A DNA stretch of 64,000 nt, taken from assembly GCA_030430625.1 (NCBI GenBank), contig JAUIKL010000005.1, forward strand, positions 7,658 through 71,657. The letters are read 5' to 3'. The position numbers and the translations under genes were made by a program. The number at the start of each line of letters is the position of its first letter. The stretch's first letter is position 1. This document shows, one piece after another, positions 54,058 through 64,000 of the stretch. The notes under the pieces were generated by a model. It did not search any database, was not told where the DNA came from, and saw only the letters and a list, made by a program, of their open reading frames with translations. Origin of the DNA: Gemmatimonadota bacterium (GTDB lineage: Bacteria > Gemmatimonadota > Gemmatimonadetes > Longimicrobiales > Gaopeijiaceae).

Positions 54058-57000
54058 TCACTCTTCCTCTCCGAGTGTCACACTCAGCCCGAGCGCCTGT
54101 AGCTCCTTGACCAGGACGTTGAAGGACTCGGGGATACCCGGCTTGGGCAGGTTGTCGCCCTTCACGATGGCCTCGTAGACCTTCGAGCGACCCTGCACGT
54201 CGTCGGACTTGACCGTCAGGATCTCCTGCAGCGTGTGCGCGGCACCATACGCCTCGAGTGCCCACACCTCCATCTCACCGAAGCGCTGGCCACCGAACTG
54301 CGCCTTACCGGCCAGCGGCTGCTGCGTGACGAGAGAGTACGGTCCGATGGACCGGGCGTGGATCTTGTCATCCACGAGGTGGCTGAGCTTCAGCATGTAG
54401 ATCGCGCCGACCGTGACGGGGAAGTCGAACCTCCGCCCGCTGCGGCCGTCCCGGAGCCAGATCTTTCCGTTCGGGAAGATCTCGGCGTGCTCGAGCAGCT
54501 CGATCACGGCGTCGTCCAGTCCGGACTTCACCGACGAACGCCCCTTGAGCTTCTGAATCGCGGGGAAGAGGTCCGAGACCTTCTCACCGTTGCGATCCGC
54601 CAGCTCCTCGGCCGCCTCCAGCAGGAACTCGACCGTCTTGTCGAAGAACTTCGACTGCTGCTTCGAGAGCTTGATCCCGAGGTAGGCGTCGAGCGACTGC
54701 CCGATGCCGTGGCTGTGGCCCACATGGTCCTCGCCATCGCCGTTGGTGTCGTCGTCGGCGCCGGCCATAACGACCGGGAGCTGCGCGGCGATGTCGACCA
54801 TCGTGGAGATGTCGTCGAGCTCGGTCGGGGACTGAGCCTTCAGGTTCAACGCCTGATCGACCCACTTGAGGCCGGCCAGCTTGAGCAGCGCGCCGACCTC
54901 GTTCTCGGTGGCCCCCTGGAAGACCGGGGTCTTCGCCTCGAAGCCGAGCACGCGCCCGGCCCACCCGAGGTGGGTCTCGAGGATCTGACCGACGTTCATG
55001 CGGGACGGCACACCGAGCGGGTTGAGCACGATCTCGACCGGGGTTCCGTCGGGGAGGAACGGCATCTCCTCCTCCGGCACGATCCGGGCAATGATGCCCT
55101 TGTTTCCGTGCCGCCCGGCCATCTTGTCACCGACCGAAATCTTGCGCTTCTCGGCGACGTAGACCTTCACGAGCTGGACGACGCCCGGGGGCAGCTCGTC
55201 CGGCTGGAAGACCTTGTCGATCTGCTCTTCCGTCTTGTCCTTGACCCGCTGAACGCGGGTGGCCGCCTCGTCGATCACACGACGGAGTCGCTCACTCGCT
55301 TCACCGTTCTGGACCTTGAAGGTGGCCAGATCGACGCGCCGGAAGTTGATGTCGTCGATCAACTCCTTCGTGAGCTTGGTGCCCTCGTCGAGGACCGGCT
55401 CTACGGTGCCCTTCTTGAGCATCAGGGCGATGGTCTGACGCTGGAGTACGGTGCGAAGCTCGTCGTCCCGCGCATCGTTGATGCGCTGGATCTCCTCGCG
55501 TTCCATCTGGCGGAGGTCACCGATCTTGGCGCCGTGTTCCTTCTCCAGAAGCGGGTCGTCGATCCGGCGACTGAAGATCTTCACGTCGATGATCGTGCCC
55601 GTCATTCCCGGGGGCACGCGGAGCGACGAGTCCTTCACGTCCTTCGCCTTCTCTCCGAAGATCGCGGTGAGGAGCTTCTCCTCCGGAGACAGCTCGGTCT
55701 CACCCTTCGGGGTGATCTTTCCGACGAGGATGTCGCCCGCCTTCACCCGGGCGCCGACGCGCACGATGCCGCGCTCGTCGAGGTCGACGAGGCTCTCCTC
55801 GGCGACGTTCGGGATCTCCCGGGTGATCTCCTCCATGCCCCGCTTCGTGTCGCGGACGTGGAGTTCGAGTTCCTGAATGTGGATCGAGGTGAAGACGTCG
55901 TCCTTCACCAGCTTCTCGCTGATGACGATGGCGTCCTCGAAGTTCGATCCGTACCAGGGCATGAAGGCCACCAGCACGTTGCGGCCCAGCGCGAGCTCAC
56001 CCGCGTCGGTGCTCGGTCCGTCGGCGATGATGTCACCGGGGTGGACTTCCTCACCGATCGAAACCAGCGGGCGCTGGTTGATGGCCGTGTCCTGGTTGGT
56101 CCGCCAGTACTTGCGGAGCCGGTACCGATCGAACTGTGCCAGCTTCGCCAGGGGCTGATCCGGGCGACCGGCGATCGAACCGGTATCGACCACGATTTCG
56201 TCAGCCGTCACCTGAACCACCCGCCCACCGCGACGCGCCGTGATGACGGCACCGGAGTCGGAAGCGACCTTCGCCTCCAGCCCCGTTCCTACGAGAGGCG
56301 CGTCCGTGTACAGGAGCGGAACGGCCTGCCGCTGCATGTTCGAGCCCATGAGGGCCCGGTTCGCATCGTCGTGCTCGAGGAAGGGGATCAGGGCCGCCGC
56401 CACCGAGACCAGCTGGTCCGGCGCAACATCCATGTAGTCGATGTCGTCCGGCTGGAGGAGCGGGAAGTCACCGCGCTCGCGGCAGAGGACGAACTCGTTC
56501 TTGAAATTGCCCTTCTCGTCGAGGGGGGCGTTGGCCTGGGCGATCCGGGCCTCCTCCTCCTCGTTGGCCGACAGCCACTCGATCTCGGCCGTGACCTTCC
56601 CGTTTTTCACCTTCCGGTACGGCGTCTCGACGAAGCCGAGATCGTTGATCCGCGAGTACGTCGTCAGAGACGTGATGAGGCCGATGTTCGGCCCCTCGGG
56701 CGTCTCGATCGGGCACATCCGGCCGTAGTGGGAATAGTGGACGTCTCGGACCTCGAAGCCCGCACGCTCCCGCGTGAGACCACCCGGACCCAGCGCGGAG
56801 AGACGACGCTTGTGCGTCATCTCGGCCAGCGGGTTCGTCTGGTCCATGAACTGGGACAGCTGACTGGAGCCGAAAAACGCCTGGATGACCGCGGACACCG
56901 TACGAGCGTTCACCAGGTCGTCGATGTTGATCTTCTCCGGATCGGTGTTGATCGACATCCGCTCCTTCACCAGGCGCGCCATCCGGCTGAGCCCGACGGA

Positions 57001-58305
57001 GAACTGGTTGGCGATCAACTCACCGACCGTGCGAACACGGCGGTTCCCGAGGTGGTCGATGTCGTCCGTGTACCCGCGACCCTCATTGAGCTCGATGAGG
57101 TGACCGATGATCGAGACGAAGTCCTCCTGAGTGAGGACCGTCTGGCTGCGAGGCACGTCGACGCCGAGCCGCTGGTTGATCTTGTAGCGGCCCACACGCC
57201 CGAGGTCGTACCGCTTCGGGTTGAAGAAGACCCGCTCGAGCGCTTCGCGGGCCGTCTCGATGTTCGGCGCCTCACCGGGGCGGAGAAGCGAGTAGATCGC
57301 GCTGAGCGCCTCGCCCTCGTTCTCGGTGGGGTCCTTCTTGATCGTGTTCTTGATCATCGGGCTCTCGCCGCGAGACGTCTCACGATCGCTCTTGTAGATC
57401 TTGATCTTCTTGACGCCGAGGCGCTCGAGGATCTCCATCACCTCGTCCTCGATCTCCTCGCCGTTGTCGATCAGGACCTCACCGGTCTCCGGATCGACGA
57501 ACTCCTCGGCGATGACCTTCCCTTCGATCTCCAGCTTCTTCTCGTCGTCCATCTTCCCGAGCTTGACCTCGGTGACGTCGTAGTAGAGCTGGAAGATCTC
57601 CGCGTCCGAGCTGTACCCGAGTGCGCGGAGGAGGGCCGTGGCCGGGAACTTCTTCTTCTTGTCGATGTGCACGTAGCACACATCGTTGATGTCCAGGGTG
57701 AACTCGACCCATGAGCCGCGGAACGGAATGATCCGCGACGAGAAGAGCTTGGTGCCGTTGGGGTGCACGCTCTCCTCGAACACCACACCGGGCGACCGGT
57801 GCAGCTGGCTCACCACGACGCGCTCGGCCCCGTTGATGATGAAGGTGCCGAGTTCGGTGAGGAGGGGCAGGTCACCGAGATAGACTTCCTTCTCGATGAT
57901 GTCCTGCGTCACCCGCTCCTCGATGGGCGTCGACTTCTTCTTCTTTTTCTTCTTCTTCTTGGCCTCCTCCTCATCTTCCTCGGGCTGTTCCCAGATGATG
58001 AGGCGAAGGGTCGCCTTGAGAGGCGCGGCGTACGTCATGTCACGCTCGATGCACTCCTCCACGGAGTACTTCGGCTCGCCGAGCGTCGCGGAGACGTATT
58101 CGAGCATGAAGTGCTCGTTCACGTCCTCGATCGGGAAGATCTCACCGAAGACGCGGTCGAGACCGAAATCCCACTGCTCCTGAAGGTCCGGCTCGACGAG
58201 CTTCTCGAACGACCGAAGCTGGACGTCGAGCAAGTTCGGCATCGGCATGACCGACTTGAGTTTGGCGAAGCTCAGAATCGGACGGTTGTCTTTGCGGAGT
58301 TCCAA
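54058..58305 (-). CDS. rpoB: DNA-directed RNA polymerase beta subunit
   Basis: [52 protein letters not shown] (rifampicin region), [15 protein letters not shown] start preceded by GAGGGGGA. 1415 aa. Confidence 0.97.
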   Translation of the reverse strand: MELRKDNRPILSFAKLKSVMPMPNLLDVQLRSFEKLVEPDLQEQWDFGLDRVFGEIFPIEDVNEHFMLEYVSATLGEPKYSVEECIERDMTYAAPLKATLRLIIWEQPEEDEEEAKKKKKKKKKSTPIEERVTQDIIEKEVYLGDLPLLTELGTFIINGAERVVVSQLHRSPGVVFEESVHPNGTKLFSSRIIPFRGSWVEFTLDINDVCYVHIDKKKKFPATALLRALGYSSDAEIFQLYYDVTEVKLGKMDDEKKLEIEGKVIAEEFVDPETGEVLIDNGEEIEDEVMEILERLGVKKIKIYKSDRETSRGESPMIKNTIKKDPTENEGEALSAIYSLLRPGEAPNIETAREALERVFFNPKRYDLGRVGRYKINQRLGVDVPRSQTVLTQEDFVSIIGHLIELNEGRGYTDDIDHLGNRRVRTVGELIANQFSVGLSRMARLVKERMSINTDPEKINIDDLVNARTVSAVIQAFFGSSQLSQFMDQTNPLAEMTHKRRLSALGPGGLTRERAGFEVRDVHYSHYGRMCPIETPEGPNIGLITSLTTYSRINDLGFVETPYRKVKNGKVTAEIEWLSANEEEEARIAQANAPLDEKGNFKNEFVLCRERGDFPLLQPDDIDYMDVAPDQLVSVAAALIPFLEHDDANRALMGSNMQRQAVPLLYTDAPLVGTGLEAKVASDSGAVITARRGGRVVQVTADEIVVDTGSIAGRPDQPLAKLAQFDRYRLRKYWRTNQDTAINQRPLVSIGEEVHPGDIIADGPSTDAGELALGRNVLVAFMPWYGSNFEDAIVISEKLVKDDVFTSIHIQELELHVRDTKRGMEEITREIPNVAEESLVDLDERGIVRVGARVKAGDILVGKITPKGETELSPEEKLLTAIFGEKAKDVKDSSLRVPPGMTGTIIDVKIFSRRIDDPLLEKEHGAKIGDLRQMEREEIQRINDARDDELRTVLQRQTIALMLKKGTVEPVLDEGTKLTKELIDDINFRRVDLATFKVQNGEASERLRRVIDEAATRVQRVKDKTEEQIDKVFQPDELPPGVVQLVKVYVAEKRKISVGDKMAGRHGNKGIIARIVPEEEMPFLPDGTPVEIVLNPLGVPSRMNVGQILETHLGWAGRVLGFEAKTPVFQGATENEVGALLKLAGLKWVDQALNLKAQSPTELDDISTMVDIAAQLPVVMAGADDDTNGDGEDHVGHSHGIGQSLDAYLGIKLSKQQSKFFDKTVEFLLEAAEELADRNGEKVSDLFPAIQKLKGRSSVKSGLDDAVIELLEHAEIFPNGKIWLRDGRSGRRFDFPVTVGAIYMLKLSHLVDDKIHARSIGPYSLVTQQPLAGKAQFGGQRFGEMEVWALEAYGAAHTLQEILTVKSDDVQGRSKVYEAIVKGDNLPKPGIPESFNVLVKELQALGLSVTLGEEE

Positions 58306-58629
58306 CGTACGTCCCCCTCTAGGAACCCGTTCCGGGGTGGGAACGGGTGACGTGACTCGAATGCGGTATGGCCCGAGCGCAGGAACCCCGGACCCCGGAC
58401 ACCCCTCCTGAGGAGGGATGTCCAGAGCCGGGTCCTTGCAGCGCTCGAACTGTCACGCGGCCACTGGCCGCGCCGGGATCAGCCACCGCACGATGCGGCG
58501 CCTCCCGTACGAGCTGGAGCGGTCCCTCGGTCTTTGCCGGAGCGCAATATCCTACCCGACCTCGCTGCACGCGGGGTCGAGAGGGAGCTACGCGCCTCGA
58601 TGTAACCGAGGTCCCGCTTCGGCTCACTA

Positions 58630-59007
58630 CTACTTGAGTGCGACGGCCGCGCCGACGTCCTCGAGCTTGGCCTTCATCTCCTCGGCCTCTTCCTTGGTCG
58701 CGCCTTCCTTCAGCGTACCAGGTGCGCCGTCGACCAGCTCCTTGGCTTCCTTCAATCCGAGGCCGGTGAGCTCGCGCACCACCTTGATGACCTGGATCTT
58801 CTTGTCGCCGATGCCCTCGAGCACGACGTCGAACTCGTCCTTCTCGGCGGCCGCAGCTTCACCGCCGCCAGCCGCTGCGCCCGGCATCGCGACCGGAGCC
58901 GCAACCGCGGTGACGTTGAACTTGTCCTTGAAGGCGTCAACGAACTCGGAGAGCTCGAGAACGGTCATGTTGCCGATGGTGTCGAGCAGCTCTTCGTGAT
59001 TCGCCAT
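58630..59007 (-). CDS. rplL: 50S ribosomal protein L7/L12
   Basis: ATG at 59007 preceded by AGGAGA. ...[20 protein letters not shown]...[25 protein letters not shown]. Confidence 0.95.
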   Translation of the reverse strand: MANHEELLDTIGNMTVLELSEFVDAFKDKFNVTAVAAPVAMPGAAAGGGEAAAAEKDEFDVVLEGIGDKKIQVIKVVRELTGLGLKEAKELVDGAPGTLKEGATKEEAEEMKAKLEDVGAAVALK

Positions 59008-59115
59008 GATTCCTGTCTCCTGATTCCAGCCGACGCCGTGTCGGCCTCGTTGTTGACCCTGTAGTGATGACCAGAGACGCACCCGCGTCCCGTGTACCTA
59101 GCCCGGGAAGCGGGC

Positions 59116-59649
59116 TCAGCCTGCCTGTGCTCGATCTTCTTTGAGGGCGTCGAACAGACCCGCGGTTTCCTGCAACTTCGCGCCCAGCGCACTGGCCAGA
59201 GCGGACATCGGTGCCTCGAAGGCCCCGGCCAATTCGGCCAGGAGCTGCTCCCGCGGCGGGAGCTTGGCGATCTTCTCCACCTGCTCCGGCCCGAGAACCT
59301 TGTTGTCCAGAACACCGAGCTTGAATGCCGGCTTCTGGTCGTTGTCCTTGGCGAAGTCGCTGAGCGCCTTCGCTGCAGCGGCCGCATCCTCGTATCCGAA
59401 GACGAAACCCGTCGGCCCAACCAGGCTGTCGCTGATGTCGGGGAGACCGTTGGACTCGTCGGAGAAGATTCGCTGTGCGAGCCGGTTCTTCACCACGACG
59501 TACTCGGCACCCGACTTCCGCAGGGAGCTGCGGAGCTGGGTCATCGCCTTGACGTTGAGACCACTGAAGTCCGTCAGGTAGAGGACCGGTGCGCGATCGA
59601 TGCGCTCCCGAAGTTCGTCGACGAACGTCTCTTTCTGTGTGCGATCCAT
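59116..59649 (-). CDS. rplJ: 50S ribosomal protein L10
   Basis: [44 protein letters not shown]. The start overlaps the rplA stop by 1 nt (TGATG). Confidence 0.93.
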   Translation of the reverse strand: MDRTQKETFVDELRERIDRAPVLYLTDFSGLNVKAMTQLRSSLRKSGAEYVVVKNRLAQRIFSDESNGLPDISDSLVGPTGFVFGYEDAAAAAKALSDFAKDNDQKPAFKLGVLDNKVLGPEQVEKIAKLPPREQLLAELAGAFEAPMSALASALGAKLQETAGLFDALKEDRAQAG

Positions 59650-60344
59650 CAGGCCCTCCGATACAGGTTCGGGTCGATCGACACACCCGGGCCCATCGTG
59701 CTGGAGACCGTCACGCTGCGGACATAGGTGCCCTTGGCCGCCGACGGCTTCGCCCGAACGATCTGATCCATGAACGCCCCGAGGTTCTCCCGGAGCTGAT
59801 CCTCACTGAAGGAGGCTTTCCCGATCGGCGCGTGGACGTTCCCCGTCTTGTCGACGCGGAACTCGATCTTACCGGCCTTGATCTCGGAGACGGCCCGACC
59901 GATGTCGAAGGTCACCGTGCCGGCCTTGGGCGTCGGCATGAGTCCACGCGGACCGAGTACCCGGCCGAGCGGCCCCACCTTCCCCATCATGTCCGGCGTG
60001 GCGACACAGACGTCGAAGTCGAGCCACCCGTCCTGGATCTTGTCGACGTACTCGACGCCCACGTAGTCGGCCCCGGCCTCGGTGGCCTCGGCCTCCTTCT
60101 CACCCTGGGCGATCACGAGCACGCGCACCGACTTACCGGTGCCGTGCGGGAGCACCACCGTTCCCCGGACGAGCTGGTCCGCCTGGCGCGGATCCACTCC
60201 GAGGCGTGTGGCGACGTCGACCGACTCGTCGAACTTCGCGGTCGCCAGCTCCTTGACGAGCCGCACGGCTTCGTCGGGAGCCAACTTGGCGCCTTCCGGC
60301 ACGGCCGATTTGGCCGCCGAAAAACGCTTCCCTGTCTTCGGCAT
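59649..60344 (-). CDS. rplA: 50S ribosomal protein L1
   Basis: [40 protein letters not shown]. Confidence 0.95.
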   Translation of the reverse strand: MPKTGKRFSAAKSAVPEGAKLAPDEAVRLVKELATAKFDESVDVATRLGVDPRQADQLVRGTVVLPHGTGKSVRVLVIAQGEKEAEATEAGADYVGVEYVDKIQDGWLDFDVCVATPDMMGKVGPLGRVLGPRGLMPTPKAGTVTFDIGRAVSEIKAGKIEFRVDKTGNVHAPIGKASFSEDQLRENLGAFMDQIVRAKPSAAKGTYVRSVTVSSTMGPGVSIDPNLYRRA

Positions 60345-60444
60345 GTCGTAACTCGAGCCGCTTGGTTGACCCTCCCACCGCCGACGGCTCTCAAGCGGTG
60401 GTACACGGGTGGGACTCGTGCGAGTCCCGAAAAATCGGTCCTTC

Positions 60445-60870
60445 CTACCCCTCGACGACCACGCCCATCGAGCGCGCGGTCCCGGCGATCATCTCGACGG
60501 CAGCGTCGATGTCGTTCGCGTTGAGGTCTTCCATCTTGGTTTCCGCGATCTCCGCCAGCTGAGCCCGCGTGATCGTGCCCACCTTCTCCCGGTTCGGCTC
60601 ACCCGAGCCCTTCGGCAGGTTGATGGCCTTCTTGATCAGCACCGCCGCCGGTGGCGTCTTGGTGATGAACGAGAAGGAACGATCCGCGTAGACGGTGATC
60701 TCGACAGGGATCGTGAGCCCCTGCTTGTCGGACGTCTTCGCGTTGAACTGCTTGCAGAACTCCATGATGTTGACGCCGTGCTGACCGAGGGCCGGTCCCA
60801 CGGGCGGCGCCGGGTTGGCCTGACCACCCGGCACATGGAGCTTGATGAATCCGATGACTTTTCTTGCCAT
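60445..60870 (-). CDS. rplK: 50S ribosomal protein L11
   Basis: [36 protein letters not shown]. Confidence 0.95.
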   Translation of the reverse strand: MARKVIGFIKLHVPGGQANPAPPVGPALGQHGVNIMEFCKQFNAKTSDKQGLTIPVEITVYADRSFSFITKTPPAAVLIKKAINLPKGSGEPNREKVGTITRAQLAEIAETKMEDLNANDIDAAVEMIAGTARSMGVVVEG

Positions 60871-60891
60871 GAGTCTGCTCTGGCTTCCCGC

Positions 60892-61437
60892 CTAGTATCC
60901 CTTCAGATCCGTGTAGTCGAGCTCGACGGATGTCGGCCGACCGAAGAGCGACACCTCCACCTTGACCTTGCCCTTGTCCGGGTAGACCTCCTGAACCGTT
61001 CCACTGAAGTCCGTGAACGGCCCCTTGGTCACCTCGACGACCTGGTCGATGTGGAAGGGAATCTCCTCCTGCGTGCTGTCCTCGGACTCGATCTCGACCC
61101 CGAGGATCTTGTTGATCTCTTCTTCGCGTAGCGGCTGGGGCGCCTTCCCCGAGCCGACGAACTTGATGACACCCTGAATGTTGTTGATGGCGTGCGAGGT
61201 CCGCTGGTTCAACACCATGTGGACCAGGACGTACCCCGGGTAGAGACGACGCGTCACCGTGACGCGCTTGCCGTTCCGGATTTCGAGGACCTCCTGGGTC
61301 GGGACGATCACGTCCAGGAGTTCTTCCGCCTCCTCGGGCTCTTCCTCGATGCGACGCTGAATCAGCTTCTGCACCTTGTTCTCGTGCCCGGAGTAGGTCT
61401 GCACGGCATACCAGCGGGTGTCGGCCATCGTTTGCAA
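60892..61437 (-). CDS. nusG: transcription termination/antitermination factor NusG
   Basis: RWYAVQTYSGHENKVQKLI (NGN domain) and a C-terminal KOW (VEVTKGPFTDFSGTVQEV). Confidence 0.93.
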   Translation of the reverse strand: MQTMADTRWYAVQTYSGHENKVQKLIQRRIEEEPEEAEELLDVIVPTQEVLEIRNGKRVTVTRRLYPGYVLVHMVLNQRTSHAINNIQGVIKFVGSGKAPQPLREEEINKILGVEIESEDSTQEEIPFHIDQVVEVTKGPFTDFSGTVQEVYPDKGKVKVEVSLFGRPTSVELDYTDLKGY

Positions 61438-61449
61438 CCTATCTCCCGC

Positions 61450-61662
61450 TCAAGCCCCGAAGAGGGCCATGATCTGCCCAATGATCCAGCTCACGGACTT
61501 GTCCATGAGCCAGATGATCCCGGAAACCGCGATCGTGAAGAGGAGGACGACCAGGGTGGCCGAGCGCAGCTGATCCTGGTCCGGCCAGGTCACCTTCTGC
61601 AACTCGACCCAGCACTCCTCGATGAAGTTCCGGGTCTCCTTCGCCTTCTCGACCGCGCCCAC
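61450..61662 (-). CDS. secE: preprotein translocase subunit SecE
   Basis: 70 aa, GTG start. ...FIEECWVELQKVTWPDQDQLRSATLVVLLFTIAVSGIIWLMD. Single TM, sits between rpmG and nusG. Confidence 0.9.
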   Translation of the reverse strand: MGAVEKAKETRNFIEECWVELQKVTWPDQDQLRSATLVVLLFTIAVSGIIWLMDKSVSWIIGQIMALFGA

Positions 61663-61814
61663 TATTTCGTTTCCTTGTGCTGCGTGTGCGACTTACAACG
61701 CGGGCAGTACTTACGGTACTCCACGCGCTCCGGGTGGAGCCGTTTGTTCTTCGTCGTGTCGTAGTTCCTCTCCTTACAGTCCTGACAGGCGAGGATCACT
61801 TTATCGCGCGGCAT
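61662..61814 (-). CDS. rpmG: 50S ribosomal protein L33
   Basis: Not in the ORF track (50 aa). Manual translation gives [50 protein letters not shown], then TAG overlapping the secE GTG by 1 nt. Confidence 0.9.
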   Translation of the reverse strand: MPRDKVILACQDCKERNYDTTKNKRLHPERVEYRKYCPRCKSHTQHKETK

Positions 61815-62182
61815 CTGCTGCTCCGTTACGGTTCGCGAAGTGGGGCCGAGGATGGTGCGTCATCGGAACGCCGCTCGGCGCCGATCACGAGCCTTCCTCT
61901 TCCTTCATTCCGCTTCCTCGCTACGGCGGCTACGCGCCGCCGAGCGTTCCTCCTGACGCACCACCCTCGGCCCCAAAGGCGACCGCAGCGGCACGCTTTC
62001 CAACTTTTCCTACCAGGTCCCACAACCTCTTCTGTTTCTGTTGGCCGCGCGAAGCGCCGGCCAGTGCCGGCGATCCACGACCGTGGTGGTGGGGCCCGGT
62101 GGCGGGGCCTCTCGAAGCGCGTCTCAGGCCGACTGCCGTCAACGCGCGGAGAGAGGCCCCGTCATCGGGACCCGCCGGCCTA
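61815..62182 (-). repeat. shared tuf 3' flank / rpmG leader (copy 2 of the duplicated non-coding segment)
   Basis: Aligns end to end with 37977..38347, right up to the start codon of the downstream gene (CGCGAACCGTAACGGAGCAGCAG-ATG here, CGCGAACCGTAACGGATAAGCA-ATG in copy 1). Confidence 0.9.
61842..61974 (-). promoter_or_regulatory. long conserved hairpin in the rpmG leader, copy 2
   Basis: GGGGCCGAGGATGGTGCGTCA (61842-61862) pairs with TGACGCACCACCCTCGGCCCC (61954-61974) with one mismatch. The apical ~90 nt are almost identical to copy 1 (a few compensated substitutions). Confidence 0.6.
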
Positions 62183-63373
<1,191 letters not shown>

Positions 63374-63416
63374 CGCTGTCCTCTCGGATCCGTTGACGCT
63401 CTAGTCAGGTGCTACA

Positions 63417-63488
<72 letters not shown>

Positions 63489-63537
63489 AACCGCGGCCAG
63501 GGGCCGATCCCACGTTCAGGTCCTTCAACTTCGTCAG

Positions 63538-63611
63538 AGCGGGAGACGGGACTCGAACCCGCGACCCTCAGCTTGGAAGGCTGATGCTCTAGCCAACTGA
63601 GCTACTCCCGC
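63538..63611 (-). tRNA. tRNA-Gly (anticodon TCC)
   Basis: Minus strand: GCGGGAG TA GCTC AGTTGGCTA GAGC A TCAGC CTTCCAA GCTGA GGGTC GCGGG TTCGAGT CCCGT CTCCCGC T. 74 nt. Confidence 0.93.
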
Positions 63612-63631
63612 CTCGCTCTACGATCCAACAG

Positions 63632-63713
63632 TGGTGGGGGGAGGATTCGAACCTCCGAAGGCTATGCCAGCAGATTTACAGTCTGCCCCGTTTGACCGCT
63701 TCGGTACCCCACC
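63632..63713 (-). tRNA. tRNA-Tyr (anticodon GTA), long variable arm
   Basis: Minus strand: GGTGGGG...CAGAC TGTAAAT CTGCT GGCATAGCCTTC GGAGG TTCGAAT CCTCC CCCCACC A. Closely resembles bacterial class II tRNA-Tyr. 82 nt. Confidence 0.9.
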
Positions 63714-63778
63714 GTATTCGCCCCCGAAACGACGTTCTGCGGAGCTTCTCGCCCGCCCCCTCCCCGGCACGGGACCGT

Positions 63779-63811
63779 GGAAAAGAGCCGTCCTCGAAAG
63801 TCGTGGACGGC
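63779..63811 (-). terminator. candidate intrinsic terminator upstream of the tRNA-tuf operon
   Basis: Minus strand reads GCCGTCC-ACGACTTTCGA-GGACGGC followed by TCTTTTCC. It would terminate a minus-strand unit that begins beyond the window end. Confidence 0.4.
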
Positions 63812-64000
63812 TTCTCTGCGAACGAGCCCAGAAAAGTAATGGGCACCCGTAGGAGCGTAAAGGGCGGGGAGCACTGGTTTTCAGCCCTCCCGCCGAGCGG
63901 TCGGTCCGAGGTGCCGGAGTCGATCGATTCGGCCGCAGAGACTAGCTTTCCCGGGCCCCGGAGCTCGGAATTCAGGAACTCGTGACACGCTCGCTCAACC

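Noticed and set aside
54235-57714. Very long plus-strand ORFs antisense to rpoB (1159 aa), rpoC (51036..53978, 980 aa), fusA (39510..41720, 736 aa), the GT4/rfbD region (19974..21983, 669 aa), secY (27635..28909) and the dehydrogenase (16152..17435).
   Set aside because: They are shadow ORFs, typical of GC-rich DNA because stop codons are rare on the antisense strand of real genes. Their translations are Arg/Asp/Val/His-rich low-complexity sequence with no recognisable motifs. Each lies fully inside a confidently identified gene on the other strand.
58306-58629. Attenuator in the 324-nt rplL-rpoB spacer, as in E. coli.
   Set aside because: Several hairpins are visible (for example ACCCGTTCC/GGAACGGGT at about 58323-58346, CCCTCC/GGAGGG and GCGGCC/GGCCGC). 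None is followed by a T tract on the transcribed strand, so I cannot support a terminator call from sequence alone.
63812-64000. Partial CDS at the right edge of the window.
   Set aside because: Frames are open on both strands, as expected for GC-rich DNA, but no translation shows a recognisable motif. The tracked ORFs (63692..63985 +, 63662..63874 -) overlap the tRNA-Tyr region or the terminator-like hairpin.

Overview
This is a GC-rich bacterial chromosome segment; third codon positions are almost all G/C. I ran no database search, so the lineage is unknown. The lipoprotein signals, TonB-dependent receptor and Wza-like exporter indicate a diderm. All product calls rest on motifs and gene order read by eye.

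The window has four blocks:

- **1-21977, surface-polysaccharide locus.** It contains a glycosyltransferase fragment, a hexapeptide acetyltransferase, an unknown protein, an AsnB-like amidotransferase, a Wzy-like polymerase, an alkaline-phosphatase-superfamily enzyme, a Wzx flippase and a pyruvyl transferase. Then comes secA, followed by a Wza-like exporter and a wecB / sugar dehydrogenase / rfbB / rfbA / IMPase-like / rfbD / GT4 operon.
- **22041-42745, minus strand, ribosomal super-operon.** The order is rpsL-rpsG-fusA-tuf, then S10, spc and alpha, ending with an orphan membrane protein and rpmB.
- **42746-49661, about 6.9 kb of accessory genes between rpsL and rpoC.** These are udk, a secreted protein with two carboxypeptidase-regulatory-like repeats, a TonB-dependent receptor, an MbnH-like di-heme peroxidase, an MbnP-like WxW lipoprotein and a small His/Met/Cys-rich secreted protein.
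- **49662-63713, minus strand.** The order is tRNA-Tyr/Gly/Thr, a second tuf, then rpmG-secE-nusG-rplKAJL-rpoBC.

The most interesting points:

- **Shared tuf flank.** The two tuf copies share about 370 nt of 3' flank, which serves as the leader of both rpsJ and rpmG. It holds a roughly 130-nt hairpin whose stem differs between copies only by fully compensated substitutions. Its conserved loop is rich in GGA motifs.
- **Putative copper-handling module.** It consists of the small His/Met/Cys protein, MbnP-like, MbnH-like and the TonB-dependent receptor, with no methanobactin biosynthesis genes in the window.
- **Terminator-like hairpins inside the str operon.** One lies in the rpsL leader and one between rpsG and fusA.
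- **A 3 x 22-bp tandem repeat** just downstream of the receptor gene.

I found no CRISPR array, transposase, integrase, rRNA gene or recognisable defence system.
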